A stretch of DNA of 64,000 bases, from NCBI GenBank assembly GCA_951406725.2, contig OX597815.1, positions 14,694,001 to 14,758,000 of the forward strand, written 5' to 3'. The stretch's first letter is position 1; each line of letters opens with the position of its first letter. This DNA comes from Octopus vulgaris (lineage: Eukaryota). Made by a program: the position numbers and the translations under genes. A model generated the notes under the pieces. The model saw only the letters and a list, made by a program, of their open reading frames with translations. It searched no databases and had not been told where the DNA came from. Of the stretch, positions 10,929 through 23,863 are shown piece by piece.

Positions 10929-13049
10929 CTAACCTGTATGAATATGTTTGTGTTGAGTTAAGACACTGTTCTGAGAGAATGATTTACCACAGATATCACA
11001 GGTATATGGTTTCTCCCCTGTATGAACACGCTTGTGTATAGTTAAGTTACTGCTTTCAGAGAATGATGTTCCACAGATATCACAGGTATATGGTTTCTCC
11101 CCTGTATGAACACGCTTGTGTTTAGTTAAGTTACTGCTTTCAGAGAATGATCTTCCACAGATATCACAGGTATATGGTTTCTCCCCTGTATGAATACGTT
11201 TGTGTATATTTAAGCCACCGCTATGAGAGAATGATTTACCACAGATATCACAGGAATATGGTTTCCCTCCTGTATGGATACGTTTGTGTTGAGTTACAGC
11301 ACTGCCAAAACAGAATGATTTACCACAGATATCACAGGTATATGGTTTCTCCTCTGTATGAACCCATTTGTGTTTAGTTAAGCTACTGCTATGAGAGAAT
11401 AAATTACCACAGATATCACAAGAATATGGTTTCTCTCCCGTATGGATACGCGTGTGTGAAGTTAAGCCACCGCTATGAGAGAAAGATTTACCACAGATAT
11501 CACAGTGATATGGTTTCTCCCCTGTATGAATATTTTTGTGTTGAGTTAAATGACTGTGATCAGAGAATGATTTTCCACAGATATCACAGGTATATGGTTT
11601 CTCCTCTGTATGAACCCATTTGTGAGTAGTTAAGCCACTGCTATGAGAGAATGATTTACCACAGATATCACAGTGATATGGTTTATCACCTGTATGAATA
11701 CGTTTGTGTTTAGTTAAGACACCGTTCTGAGAGAATGATTTACCACAGATATCACAGTGATATGGTTTCTCACCTGTATGAATACATTTGTGTTTAGTTA
11801 AGACACCGTTCTGAGAGAATGATTTACCACAGATATCACAGTGATATGGTTTCTCTCCTGTATGGATACGTGTGTGTTTAGTTAAGTGACTGCAAGCAGT
11901 GAATGATTTACCACAGATATCACAGTGATATGGTTTCTCCCCAGTATGAATACGTCTGTGCGTAGTCAGGGTAGTGTTTTGAGAGAATGATATACCACAG
12001 ATATCACAGTGATATGGTTTCTCCTCTGTATGAACCCATTTGTGAGTAGTTAAGCCACTGCTATGAGAGAATGATTTACCACAGATATCACAGTGATATG
12101 GTTTCTCACCTGTATGAACACGTTTGTGTCGAGTTAAGGGACTGCCATTAGAGAATGATATACCACAGATATCACAGTGATATGGTTTCTCGCCTGTATG
12201 AATACGATTGTGCTTAGTTAAGCTGCCACTTTGAGAGAAAGATTTACTACAGATATCACAGGAATATGGTTTCTCCCCTGTATGAGTACGTTTGTGCTTA
12301 GTTACGCTACTTCCATCAAGGAAAGATTTACCACAGATATCACAGTGATATCGTTTCTCCCCTGTATGAATGTGTTTGTGAATTGTCAAGTTACTTCCTA
12401 AAGTGAAGGATTTACCACAGATATCACAATGATAAGGTTTCTCTCCTGTATGAACACGTTTGTGCTTAGTTACGCTACTTCCAGCAGGGAAAGATTTACC
12501 ACAGATATCACAGTGATATGGTTTCTCCCCTGTATGAATGTGTTTGTGAATTGTCAAGTTACTTCCTAAAGTGAAGGATTTACCACAGATATCACAATGA
12601 TAAGGTTTCTCTCCTGTATGAACCCGTTTGTGTCGAGTTAAGTGACTGCTATTAGAGAATAATTTACCACAGATATCACAGTGATATGGTTTCTCCCCTG
12701 TATGAATACGTTTGTGCTTAGTTACGCTATTTGCATCAGAGAAAGATTTACCACAGATATCACAATGATAAGGTTTCTCTCCTGTATGAACCCGTTTGTG
12801 TCGAGTTAAGTGACTGCCATTAGAGAATGATTTACCACAGATATCACAGTGATATGGTTTCTCTCCTCTATGAATACGTTTGTGTTGAGTTAAGCTATTC
12901 CTGTGAGACAGTGATTTACCACTGATATCACAGTGATATGGTGCTTCCCCTGCATGAATTTGTTTGTGTTGATTGAGTTTACTTTCTTCTAAGAATGACT
13001 CTTTGCAGATGTCACAGTCATATGATGATTTTCCTAATTCTTCCGACAT
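10929..13049 (-). CDS. Poly-C2H2 zinc-finger protein G1, 706 aa, 25 fingers (finger 2 degenerate), no effector domain
   Basis: Uninterrupted ORF of 28-aa C-x2-C-x12-H-x3-H repeats with TGEKPY linkers after a 10-aa leader. Confidence 0.97.
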   Translation of the reverse strand: MSEELGKSSYDCDICKESFLEESKLNQHKQIHAGEAPYHCDISGKSLSHRNSLTQHKRIHRGEKPYHCDICGKSFSNGSHLTRHKRVHTGEKPYHCDICGKSFSDANSVTKHKRIHTGEKPYHCDICGKLFSNSSHLTRHKRVHTGEKPYHCDICGKSFTLGSNLTIHKHIHTGEKPYHCDICGKSFPAGSSVTKHKRVHTGEKPYHCDICGKSFTLGSNLTIHKHIHTGEKRYHCDICGKSFLDGSSVTKHKRTHTGEKPYSCDICSKSFSQSGSLTKHNRIHTGEKPYHCDICGISFSNGSPLTRHKRVHTGEKPYHCDICGKSFSHSSGLTTHKWVHTEEKPYHCDICGISFSQNTTLTTHRRIHTGEKPYHCDICGKSFTACSHLTKHTRIHTGEKPYHCDICGKSFSQNGVLTKHKCIHTGEKPYHCDICGKSFSQNGVLTKHKRIHTGDKPYHCDICGKSFSHSSGLTTHKWVHTEEKPYTCDICGKSFSDHSHLTQHKNIHTGEKPYHCDICGKSFSHSGGLTSHTRIHTGEKPYSCDICGNLFSHSSSLTKHKWVHTEEKPYTCDICGKSFCFGSAVTQHKRIHTGGKPYSCDICGKSFSHSGGLNIHKRIHTGEKPYTCDICGRSFSESSNLTKHKRVHTGEKPYTCDICGTSFSESSNLTIHKRVHTGEKPYTCDICGKSFSQNSVLTQHKHIHTG

Positions 13050-14135
13050 CTCTTCAAGAAAAATAAAACTGAACCTTTAAGTTGTACAGATCAACAACTT
13101 TTCAAAAATATTTCTTCTCTCACCAAAATATATGGATATTTTTCTTCTTTTTGTTTTTATAGTTTATTCCAAACAAATATCACTTCTCTTATATTTCTTC
13201 TAAATGTGATCAATGCCAATATTTAAAAATGCCGCAAGTACTCTTTGGAAATCTATCAAAGTATATTTAAAAGAGAAAATTATCTCTTGCACATTTCAGA
13301 CACAGAAGTAAAGAAATGCTTTCTCTCTCAGAGGAAATATTTTACTGTAACTCAGCAACGTTTTATAGAAGCAGGATTATATGTTTATCGAATATCTTTG
13401 CAGAGTCTTTTAAACATGAAACACATTGATGATTCTTTAAAAGTAAAAATTACTTTTTAGCCAATTTCATGTGATTTTCTGAAAGAATACGAAGGTAATA
13501 TAAGATATCAAGTATGTTTAAAAGGCAGATATTCAAAAGTGCAAATTTACGACATTTCTTGTTTCAAAAATTTTAGATGTAATTCTTTATCTGTACTATT
13601 AAATTTATCCAATTTCTGCATTACCAAAATGTTTATATCATAGAGGAGACACATCTATTATAATACCAACTCCTGGAATATAAAGTCTGTCATAGACACA
13701 CTTCCACATACACACACACACACACACCAATATACATATAAATGACACTAGATTTCTGATGTTTTCATTGCAGTCTTGTATCTTTGTTTGCTAAAATAGA
13801 TATCGCTCTTTCCCTAACTTCATCATCATCATCGTTTAACATCTGCTTTCCACGCTGGCATGGGTTGTGAGGTTTGACTGAGGACTGGCAAGCCATGAGG
13901 TTGAACAAGGTTTCAATCTTATCAGGCAAGATTTCTACAGCTGGATGCTGTTTGAGTGTGTAGCGGTTGCCTTTTATATGTGCCACGGAGCCAGTCAGGT
14001 AGCATTGGTATCGACTATGCTTGAATGGTGCCTTTTAACGTGCCACCGGCACGGGTGCAAGTCAGGCAGCACTAGCATCAATCATGTTCAAATGGTACTT
14101 TTTACATGCTACCTGCATGGGAGCCATATATACAA

Positions 14136-14167
<32 letters not shown>

Positions 14168-15464
14168 AAGGTTATCTCAACGTTAATATTTTGCTGAGCA
14201 TAAAAGATGAATAAATGTCAGTAAATAATATTGATGTCGCACTAACAGCATCAAAATCCTTAGTGGGGAAATTTTAATGTAGGAAAAATTATTGGTTGAT
14301 GTGGAGAATGAAAGCCAGATTCCTCCAAAGAGTTTGGCGCGTCCTGAAGAAGGCAATGTGCTGTTGAAATGGCCACCACGTTCACCTGAGCTGACATCTT
14401 GCCATTTCTTTCTCAGGAGGGCCTAGTCTATGTCTCCCCTCTTCCTGCAAGCCCAGAGGAACTTAAGCAGAGAATTATTACCATACTGGTCGTGAGATGT
14501 GCGAAAAATAACAGTTAAATAGCTCATAAATCACAGTTCATTGTTTTCTTTTTTTGGTTGCCTGACCGAACGAATTCTCGTACGCAGAAATTTCTGAAAA
14601 TTCCCCCAAATAAAAATATGTGACGAGGGATTATATTAGGTGCTTAAAGTAGCACTACACACACACAAAAATTAAATTAATTAGAAAACCACATTAATTC
14701 TAACTTTTAATGATGCAGAAGAACCACCAGAAATAAAAACTTCCTATGTTTCAAATAAAAGCTATTCCATTTCCTCTCGATGCGATATTTGCTTTTCGTT
14801 TCAGTATTTCAAGTGCACACTCGTATTTTTATACATTCCCCATTTCTAACTAATTACATCGTAATTTTCCCGCATTTAACGAAATTGTCGAATTTACACG
14901 TTAGAAAGAAAGATAAATGTTATCTAAACAAGGGATTGATCCGACGTTTTTACAAATAATTTAGAAAATAACCAAAAGTGCAATGAAATGTCTAAAAGAA
15001 AACGACAACACAATAAAAGTATTAAAATTACAGCCTTTCGTATAATTTCGTCTTAGTGAGATTTTTTTTTCCTTTTAACTTTCTCAACACATCGAAACAA
15101 ATAAATGTACATAATACGACACATGTATAATAGAAATGTTTAAATAAATACTTACATAGTAATAGATATGGAGAGAAAGAGTGAAGGAGGAAGACGTGAG
15201 AACTGGAGTCTGAGTGGACAACGACAGCTTCAAGAGAATTTCTAGATTTCTACAACAAACGTTAATTAATATTTTTCAGGTCCACATAATCGTAAATGGG
15301 GTATCTGTTTCTTTAGACAGTTAATTACCAGTCACTTGTATATATTTGATTGGATTTTCTCTTAAATATCAGTTGTCAAGTGGAACTGATCAAGCAATCA
15401 AGGTGCGTGGGAAACAAGAACAAGAAATACTCTTAATGAGGAAGAACAAGGGGAACTAACTCCG

Positions 15465-18400
15465 TATTTCTTTATTATGATTATACAATCGTTACATAGA
15501 AGGACAAATACAGGACATACATGCAAAAAACAGTTAAGAGGTTCGATTAAAAATTTTCCATAACATTTGGATTATTCATTATAAAAATTCGTCTGTAAAT
15601 TGTCCTTTACATGACCAATAGAATATTATAACATTACATAAACTTTCGATCTTACCGAAGTTTTAAACCCCGGCAATTTATAAGGCCCCGCAGCTTTTGT
15701 TTCCTCTCCTCCCTCCATAGTTAAGCTGGGTTTCTGACACCCACCTTTTTTTTCCACTTCCTTCCATCTTTTCTCATACACACCCCGTGGTAAGATCCTC
15801 TTTTCCAGCCCCATTTTGCTCTTCAGATGATATCTGAAGTAAGTGAGCAAGCCGGGGCCCGAGACAAAGGATCCTATCGCGACTCCTTCCATTCTTGTAC
15901 GCCACATGCATTCTTTTACTACTGCAACCGTGCAGTGAAAACATGCCTCACCTTCCTTCGAGAGTCCAGTTGGCGGTATCATCTTAATCATAGACTCAGC
16001 CGACAGCTGTACTCGTCCCAGATGCGATAACACGTGTTCTGCGTAACTTATCAAGTCGGACAACTTCCGACAGTGTACAAAAGCGTGCTGGACGGTTTCA
16101 TCGTCCAACTCGCACCTTGGACACGTCGGTGGCACTGAAATTCCGTGCCGCGATAACTTCTCGCGAACAGGTAAAGCATTCCTATAGCACTGCCAGGCCA
16201 GGGATCTTTGGAAATTATCCAAATACCCCGTCCTGAAAGTCTTTTTAAACAGGTTGGTAAGCTGGTCTTCGTCAAACCCCAGAGCCCCTCCTAGGACGTC
16301 GTCGTTCTTTGCCTCTACCAGCCTTCTATAAAATACCGAGGTGGTATTTCCGCAGCCGGCCTTGCCCGCCTTGTGGATCAGCGTGAGTGCGTGTCGGCAC
16401 TCCTTTTGCCATAAAGTCAGTTTCCATCTTTTGATGCGACCGGGTTTAAAATTCTCTAAGGAGGCCGGTCTCGGGAAAAATTCCCCTGCCAGCGGACTCC
16501 ACACCTTATCACCCTCCAGGTGGTGCCAGAGATGCTTCAGCCTCAACGCATGTCTGCGCATCATCAACCAAGGCATTCCTAACCCACCCTTTAACGGTTC
16601 CTGGCAGCAAACGGAGCGCCTCACAAGTGGCTTTCCTCCCTTCCACAAAAAGCGGAAAAGGATTCGCTCCAACTTGCTAAGCCATAAATCGGGGCAAGGG
16701 ACAACGGTCAGGCGGTAAGTGATTACAGATGCAATGAACATCTGTACCACCTCCACCCTTCCTTTCAAGGACAGAAACCTTCCGGACCAGGTCCGTACTA
16801 TGGCCTCCACCTTGCTCGTCACCTCACTCCAGTTCCTCTCCGTTTGGGAGTCTGGTCCAAACCAAACTCCTAGCAACTTAACAGGGCCATCCGTCCAGTG
16901 TCCCACGACAGTGGACGATATCGACTTGCTCCTCCAGGTGCCGAGGCGCAAGCCAACCGACTTGTCCTTGTTAACCTTTGCTCCTGCCACCGCCTCGTAT
17001 CCTCTGATAGCCTCTTCCACACAAGGTAGCTGGGCCTCATTGGACACGATGAGGGTGACGTCATCCGCATAAGCAGTAACCGTCCTCCCACCTCCGATCT
17101 CATCCGAGTTACTTCCCAGCTACCAACCTGAAGGACTGTTTACTTACGTGGGTCACATCCAGAACAACCAGCCTGCCTTCTGGGTCCAGAAAGACAGTAC
17201 TTACCTGCAAGTCCAAGCTCTTCCTGATAAGGACTGCCATGCCTCTGCCTCTTCCTCGGCTAGGAGAAATAAATTTCTCGAACCCATTTAGAAGAGGCGA
17301 GAACGCTTGGGCCTCGTTCATCTTGGACTCGGTTGCAATAGCTATGTCCACTCCATGTGTCGTGAGGTCGTTCAGGAAACAAATTTGTTTCCATTTCGTC
17401 CCCATTCCACGTACATTCACACAACCCAGCTTAGCCATTGTCGGTGAGAGAAAAAATAAATGAACTTACGGTTGAGAAAGGGAGCATGACAGTTTAAATC
17501 TGCCCGCTTCCCCTTCTTCCTCCCTTGTGGTCGTAGCTGCAGGGCTCTTAACCGGCGTTGCCACCGGGCTCTGGGTAGGTGTGGTTGCCGGGGTTATAAC
17601 AAGTTTACCCTCCAGTACTTCCTTTGTTACGTCTCTTATCAGTCTATTCTTTAGATGTTCTTGTAGTATTTCCTCCTTCCACTCGTCTTCCTTTATTTTT
17701 GCGAAGCGAGTGGTTGCTTTTATGTCTGTAGCCTTGCTAAATAGTTTAAATTTGGAAAATTTAAAGTATTTATATACCCTCTCGTTTTTTTCATCAAATG
17801 CAATGATATTATCATTTTTTTTTAAAGACTTTTTCACATCTTGTTTTATGGGGAGGGGCTTGGCGAACTATTTTCCAATGAATACAGTGCCGTGGGGGTA
17901 GGGCTGGGGAATTTGCTTTGTGTGTATGTCTGCGGTGCTTGCTGATTTTTTCCTTGTTTGGGGAGGGGAGTCCAGGGTGTTATCCTTCTTTCCTCTGTGT
18001 GTCACCCGTGTGCAATCCATCCGCCTCTGCTTCCCTGCCCGTCGTCGTCCTGCTCTCCCCCTCCGCCCTCTCCCCTTCAGTGCTTGAAGCACCTTGAGGA
18101 GGGGCCTCGTTGTCTTTCCTCTCCTTTAAGCAGCTCGAGCGGACGTGACCCCTCTCGCCACACTCAAAACACCTAGGTCTGCGCCCCTCCACTGACACTC
18201 CCATGGACGCTCCATCCTCATCAAACATCCCATCGGGCAGGCTCTCCAACATCTTGTTCTCCGCCTGAACGAGGAGCTCCAGCGTCCGTCCCCTCCAGCG
18301 CACCTCCTCCCTCCCTCTCATCCGCAGAATCGAAACCTCCCGCTCAACATTGCGCAGGACCGCCGCTGCCACCCACACTATATCACACCCTCTCGGTACG

Positions 18401-19082
18401 TCCTCCACCAGCAGCTCAGCCGCTCCCCACCCCCATACACGAGGGCAGCAACATGATATCATCATTTTTCAGGGTCACAGATGACACCTCTCCTGCCACC
18501 TCAGCCGAGTCAAAATGTGATTCAACAGCAGCACTGCGAGCACCTCGAACGACACGGCGAATCCCGTCCCACACCGGGGACAAGCACTCCTCGACCATCT
18601 CGCTTCTAACGTCCATAATTTTCCCCTCCTTGCAGCTATACACCTTGTATACAACTGTTCCTTCCTCTGCCTCTTGCACCTTCGCCTGCGGCGGCACAAG
18701 CTCGATTTCGCCTCCCTCCACCTTTACAAAGTTCCCAAATTCGAACAGCTGTTCGATCCTGGATTCAACGTCCATCATGGTTCCGCCCACCGCGGCCGAA
18801 AAAGACCGTTTTGCCACTTCAGTGTCCCCCAATTCACCCGCTCCCATCGCGGGAAAATCATTCCTCGACGCCAAGTCGAAATCCATTTCTCAAAAATGTT
18901 TCAAAAACCACCTCGAAGGCAACAACAATTTCAAACACAGAATTCTCCGCCCCGCAGGGCGAAAACCACCGTTACACAACGGGCACCGTTCAATCAACAA
19001 CCAACACAAACAACGATGAGCAAAAAATCGAACTCTCTCAACAAAAGGCAGCAAACTTCTCAAAACGCAGATGAAAGTTCAA
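15465..19082 (-). mobile_element. Internally deleted Tx1 element, copy 2
   Basis: Same TSD, deletion junction and ORFs as copy 1. Confidence 0.92.
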
Positions 19083-21141
19083 GGGAACTAACTCCAGTCT
19101 TTAAAGAATTGCGGCTCTACTTTAATAGATTTGGGATTTTGTGAAAGAGATTTCTTCAATATTCGGCTTCATCACTGTTATGTGTTGTTTTCTTCTAATG
19201 GGATAAACAACTCAATACGAAGCATAGTTATTCTTTTACGTGTTTAATTACTTTTTCATGTTACGCGAACTGGACTACATTCCGCGCAGCGACACCGGTA
19301 TAACTTTAGACACAGCGTAGTAATACTTATAAAATAGTGCCAAAAGCGGGGACGTATTCCGCACACACACGCCCACGCATATATATGAACGTGTAACATC
19401 CCTTTTTTTTTGAAAAAAAAAAAGGGTCTTTTGGCAGTGAAGACAAATATAGCAGTCTCCCTTACTCTAATGGATTGTCAGCGCGAGGTGGAAATCCTGC
19501 AGCAGAAACCGTGAGATTATTCTGCCTCTGCTTTGTAATCGAGCAGAATTAGTTACTTGTCTTTTCATTTATTTGGAAAAAACTTTATCATGAATAAAAA
19601 GAGAAAATATTTACGTTTTTTAAAATCAAAATATACCATTGGTTTAATTGCCTAAAAAACATTTTCCGATTAATTATCCCACCGCTGCCACCATGTTATG
19701 TTTTATTTCGTTCTAATGGGATAAACAACTCAATACGAAGCCATTGTTATTCTTTTACGTGTTTAATTACCTTTTCATGTTACACGAACTGGACTACATT
19801 CAGCGTAGTGATACATATAAACTTTATACTGTCACTAACAAAATAGTGCCAAAAGTGGGGATGTATTCTACTTACGTATACCTGCGTATTCACACAGATA
19901 TGAATGTGTCACACTGTGGTTTAAAGTTTGATCATTCTTACCCATTAAGAAAACAATATTTGGAAGCTGTCATTTTGTTCATGTAAAAAAGGGGTGTGAA
20001 ATGTCAAATTATTGTGATTTTGGACTTTTTACAGGTTAATTCATACGATTCTGCAAATACGTAATATAAAAAAAACTTTGTTCAATTAAAAACAAATTAC
20101 TTTTAACTATGCACTGTCCATCACCATTTCCTCCACCACAACCATCATCTCTCTCTCTCTCTTTGTGCCTCAAATCTCACCATCAGAACATCACCACTCT
20201 GCTAAAATTATATTGCTAACTTCTCTATATCATCAACTTCAACTGACTTTTTTAACGATGTAAGAAATATTATGTTCCCCTCTATCACATATCATGTACA
20301 CTTCTCTCTGTTCCTCTTTCTATCTTACTCTTTGCTTTAATATATGGGTGCTTGAAACTCTTAGATAAGAATTGCTGGGACCAGTATTCCGTTTGGGACA
20401 TGCTTTTGAAAAGGAAAGAAAGCATGCCCTTTTTGGAACGACTTCTGACTGGAGACGAAAAATGGATTGCATGCTTAATGTGCAAAACTGATCCTGGAGT
20501 TTGCAGAAATATCCCCCAAGCAGCCAAAGATGAATATCCATGGCAACAAACCCGTCCTTTGTGTTTGGTGGAAACATAAAGGCATTAATATGACCTTCTC
20601 CCATGAAACCAGACCATTCATTCTGTTGTGTTCTGTCGTCAACTGGCTAATTTGAACCAAAATATATCAAAGAACTGCGGCTGGAGATTACCAACAGAAA
20701 AGCATTAGTCTTCCAACAAGACAATGCCCGATCATTGTCAAATAGAAAGGATTCACCCTATCTCCCTCATATTCCTTATAGTCTTCATTTTTATGTCGTA
20801 TGTTTTTTAAACCAATATTCTTTCACCCGATGCATTCTTAATTGAATTCTTCTCTTTTTGCTTTGCATCTCTTACAGATTTAAGTCTTTAATTTTATAAA
20901 TATATATTTATATAATCTTTTAGCTGTTTATCCATTATCCAAAAACAAAAGCTCCCGGTCACTAGTCATGGCCTCGGTGTCCAGTGAGGCAATGGATTGG
21001 GTTATTCCTGAAACCAAAACACTCTAAAGTGGAGCCTGTATTGTGTCTGCATCAAAAGATAGTCGCTCATCTGCTACTCACTGAAAACTGAAGGAAATTG
21101 GAATACGGTAATTACTTAATACACTTTATGCACAATTTTAT

Positions 21142-22236
21142 GAGGTTGTCACAGTTCTAGGACAGCACTCTTCGCCCTATGAGATGACATCTGGTGTACC
21201 ACAGGGATCTGTTCTTGGCCCCCTTTTATTTGTTGCATATGTTAATGATATAGATGCCAACTTAAAGAATGCCACATTGCTGAAATATGCAGATGACATC
21301 AAGCTGTACCACGAAATAAAGAGGTCAAATCTATTGCAAGCAGACCTGGACACAATGCAGCAGTGGATCATGGATTGGCAACTCAAGCTGGCTGTGGACA
21401 AATGTACCACCATGCATTTTGGGAGGAGAAACCCAGCGTCCACCTACTCCCTCCACAACACTAGTCTCAAAAAGTCTTCAGGTGAACGTGACCTGGGTGT
21501 TATTGTCGACAGTGATTTGCGTTGGACAAAACACATCGCTAAAATTGTCAAGTAGGCTGAGGGTGTCTTGGCATCACTCACCAAATCCTTTGTGAGCCGC
21601 ACTCCGGCTATACATCTGCGGCTTTATATAGCTATGGTAAGACCTCACCTGGAATTTGCATCACTGGTCTGGAACCCCTATCTTGCCCAGGATATCAATC
21701 GTCTGGAAGCTGTTCAGCGACGTGCAACCAAAAGAATACCCTCCATCAGGCATTTGCCATATCCTGAACGCCTTACTTCCCTGGGCATGGACACATTGAA
21801 ACTCCGACGTCTGGCAGTTGAAGTGGCAGACACCCATAAAATTATCAACCATCGTACAAACAATAACTCTGAGCACCATTTCAAACTCCACCCATCTAAC
21901 ACCCGTGGACATATTTACAAAGTAAGAAAACAGCACAGTTCCCATGACTTCAGGAAACATTTTTTCATGCTGAGAGTTGCTGAAGCATGGAACAAACTGC
22001 CGGCATCAGTTGTTAGTTGTCGGAGCACTGCATCCTTCAAAACTTCCATGCTTCCTGAGATCCGCCAACGCTACACTTGATTTTCTCCCCTCCATACACA
22101 CACAAGCATGTATCTGACACATACATTGTTTGCTTTCCAGACATTTCTACATTACTGCATGTACTTTATATGCACTTTCTGACAAGTTGTGGTGCACCTG
22201 AGCACTGTATGCAATAATTTCATTATTATTATATTA
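21142..22236 (+). mobile_element. 5'-truncated CR1-group LINE, copy 2
   Basis: ORFs 21184-21555 and 21568-22080 separated by the shared TAG. Confidence 0.92.
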
Positions 22237-23863
22237 TTATAAAATAAATATTTGCTCATATTTTTCCAGTTTTCTCATAAACAGAAAAAGATTACATTTT
22301 AAAATTTACATGGGCACAATTTCTTATCTGAAACACGAGAAGTGTATACTAAAAAAATTACCTTATATGTAAAATATAGAGGTCAGAATTTAATGTAACA
22401 TGGCTTACTCTGAAAACCACATCAGTGGTAACTTGTAAGCCAAGGTGATGGGTCAGAGAGCCAATACACATGTCAATTTTTAAGATTTGTAAAAAAAACT
22501 TAGTTCAAGTAAAAAAAAAAAAACATTACTTTTCACTTTGTATTCACCATCACAACAACCACCATCATCTGTCTCTCTCTACCTTTCTTTAACCTCTCCA
22601 TCAGGACATTACCCACCTTCTAAAATTATATTCCTTACTCTCCTCTATATCACAACCTTAACTAAATATGTCCCCCTATCACGTCATACACACTTCTCAC
22701 TCTTCCCGTCTCACTCATGGCCTTATCCTTTCTCTCCAATCACATGAAAGTGTTACTGTCGACCTAAGTATCGTAATGACAAGCAGAATTATTATAAGAC
22801 CACCTTCCTTTACTTTTCCCACCCTCTCACCCCACTACTCAAACTAACATAAATACACCAGTTGAACAAACAAGCTTCTGATTACATATATACACCTACA
22901 ATATTTTTGTGGGTGGTTTGGATAATATTTTTTACAAGGTAATTACAAATCACATAAGGAGACCGGAGAAAAGTTTGATATTATTTATTCAGCATTACAT
23001 GTGTTTCATTTCCTAATAGGAATCAAAAGCTTTTAGATGTGTAGAAAACATGAAAGATATTTCCTATAAGAAATTCTTCAGACATACATATGTGTGTGTG
23101 TGTGTGTGTTCCCTTGTCCAGATATTATGTGATGTTCGTAAAGGGCCATCATGACCGTCATACTTGTGCAGTTGTTCATTTCCAGTCCTTCACGTGAAAT
23201 ATGTCTCACCAGGGAAAATATTTCCTTGCTTGGAAACAGGTGAGCATTGGTCACAAGAAAGGTACCCAGATGTAGAAAATCTCCATCAATGAATTCCATC
23301 TGATCCACAGAAGCATGAATAGGAGAATGTTAAATGATGAGGATCATCATCATCGGGGTTCGTCTTCTGTATGAATGCATTTACATTTCAATAATTGATC
23401 ATTTTCATAGATTGAGTTATCAGAAAAAGCTTAGGCTACAGTTATATCTTTCATATTAATAGGACTGTGTACAAACAATTCACCAATTTGAAAGAATGAT
23501 TCAGGGTTAACATCACAGTGATATGTTTTCGTTCCTCAGTCAATGCTCTTTTGATTCAATAATGGATGATTTCATGTCAAAGATTTACCATAGATGTCAC
23601 ATTCATATAGTTTCTATATTCTGTGGATGTCTTTATGAGATACGTCCTTTGTCCTTCTGAGGAAATGTTATACAACAAATATCACTGTGTTAGGGATGCA
23701 CTTCACAAGGAAAGACTTGTTTAAATCACAAATGATTTTGTGTAACTGATTTGCCACAGATATCACTGTGAATTGATTTTTCTTGAGTGTGAATGCATTT
23801 GTGTATAGTAAAGTGACTTTTTCCAGAGAATGTCTTACCACAGCTATCACAGGTATATGGTTT

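Noticed and set aside
11147-11629. Plus-strand ORFs MIFHRYHRY.. (also ~24.1, 37.0, 38.0, 45.5 kb)
   Set aside because: Antisense shadows of the ZNF repeat.
10929-13049. 84-bp periodic repeat with variable cores resembling a CRISPR array
   Set aside because: It is the coding repeat of C2H2 fingers; eukaryotic context and no cas genes.
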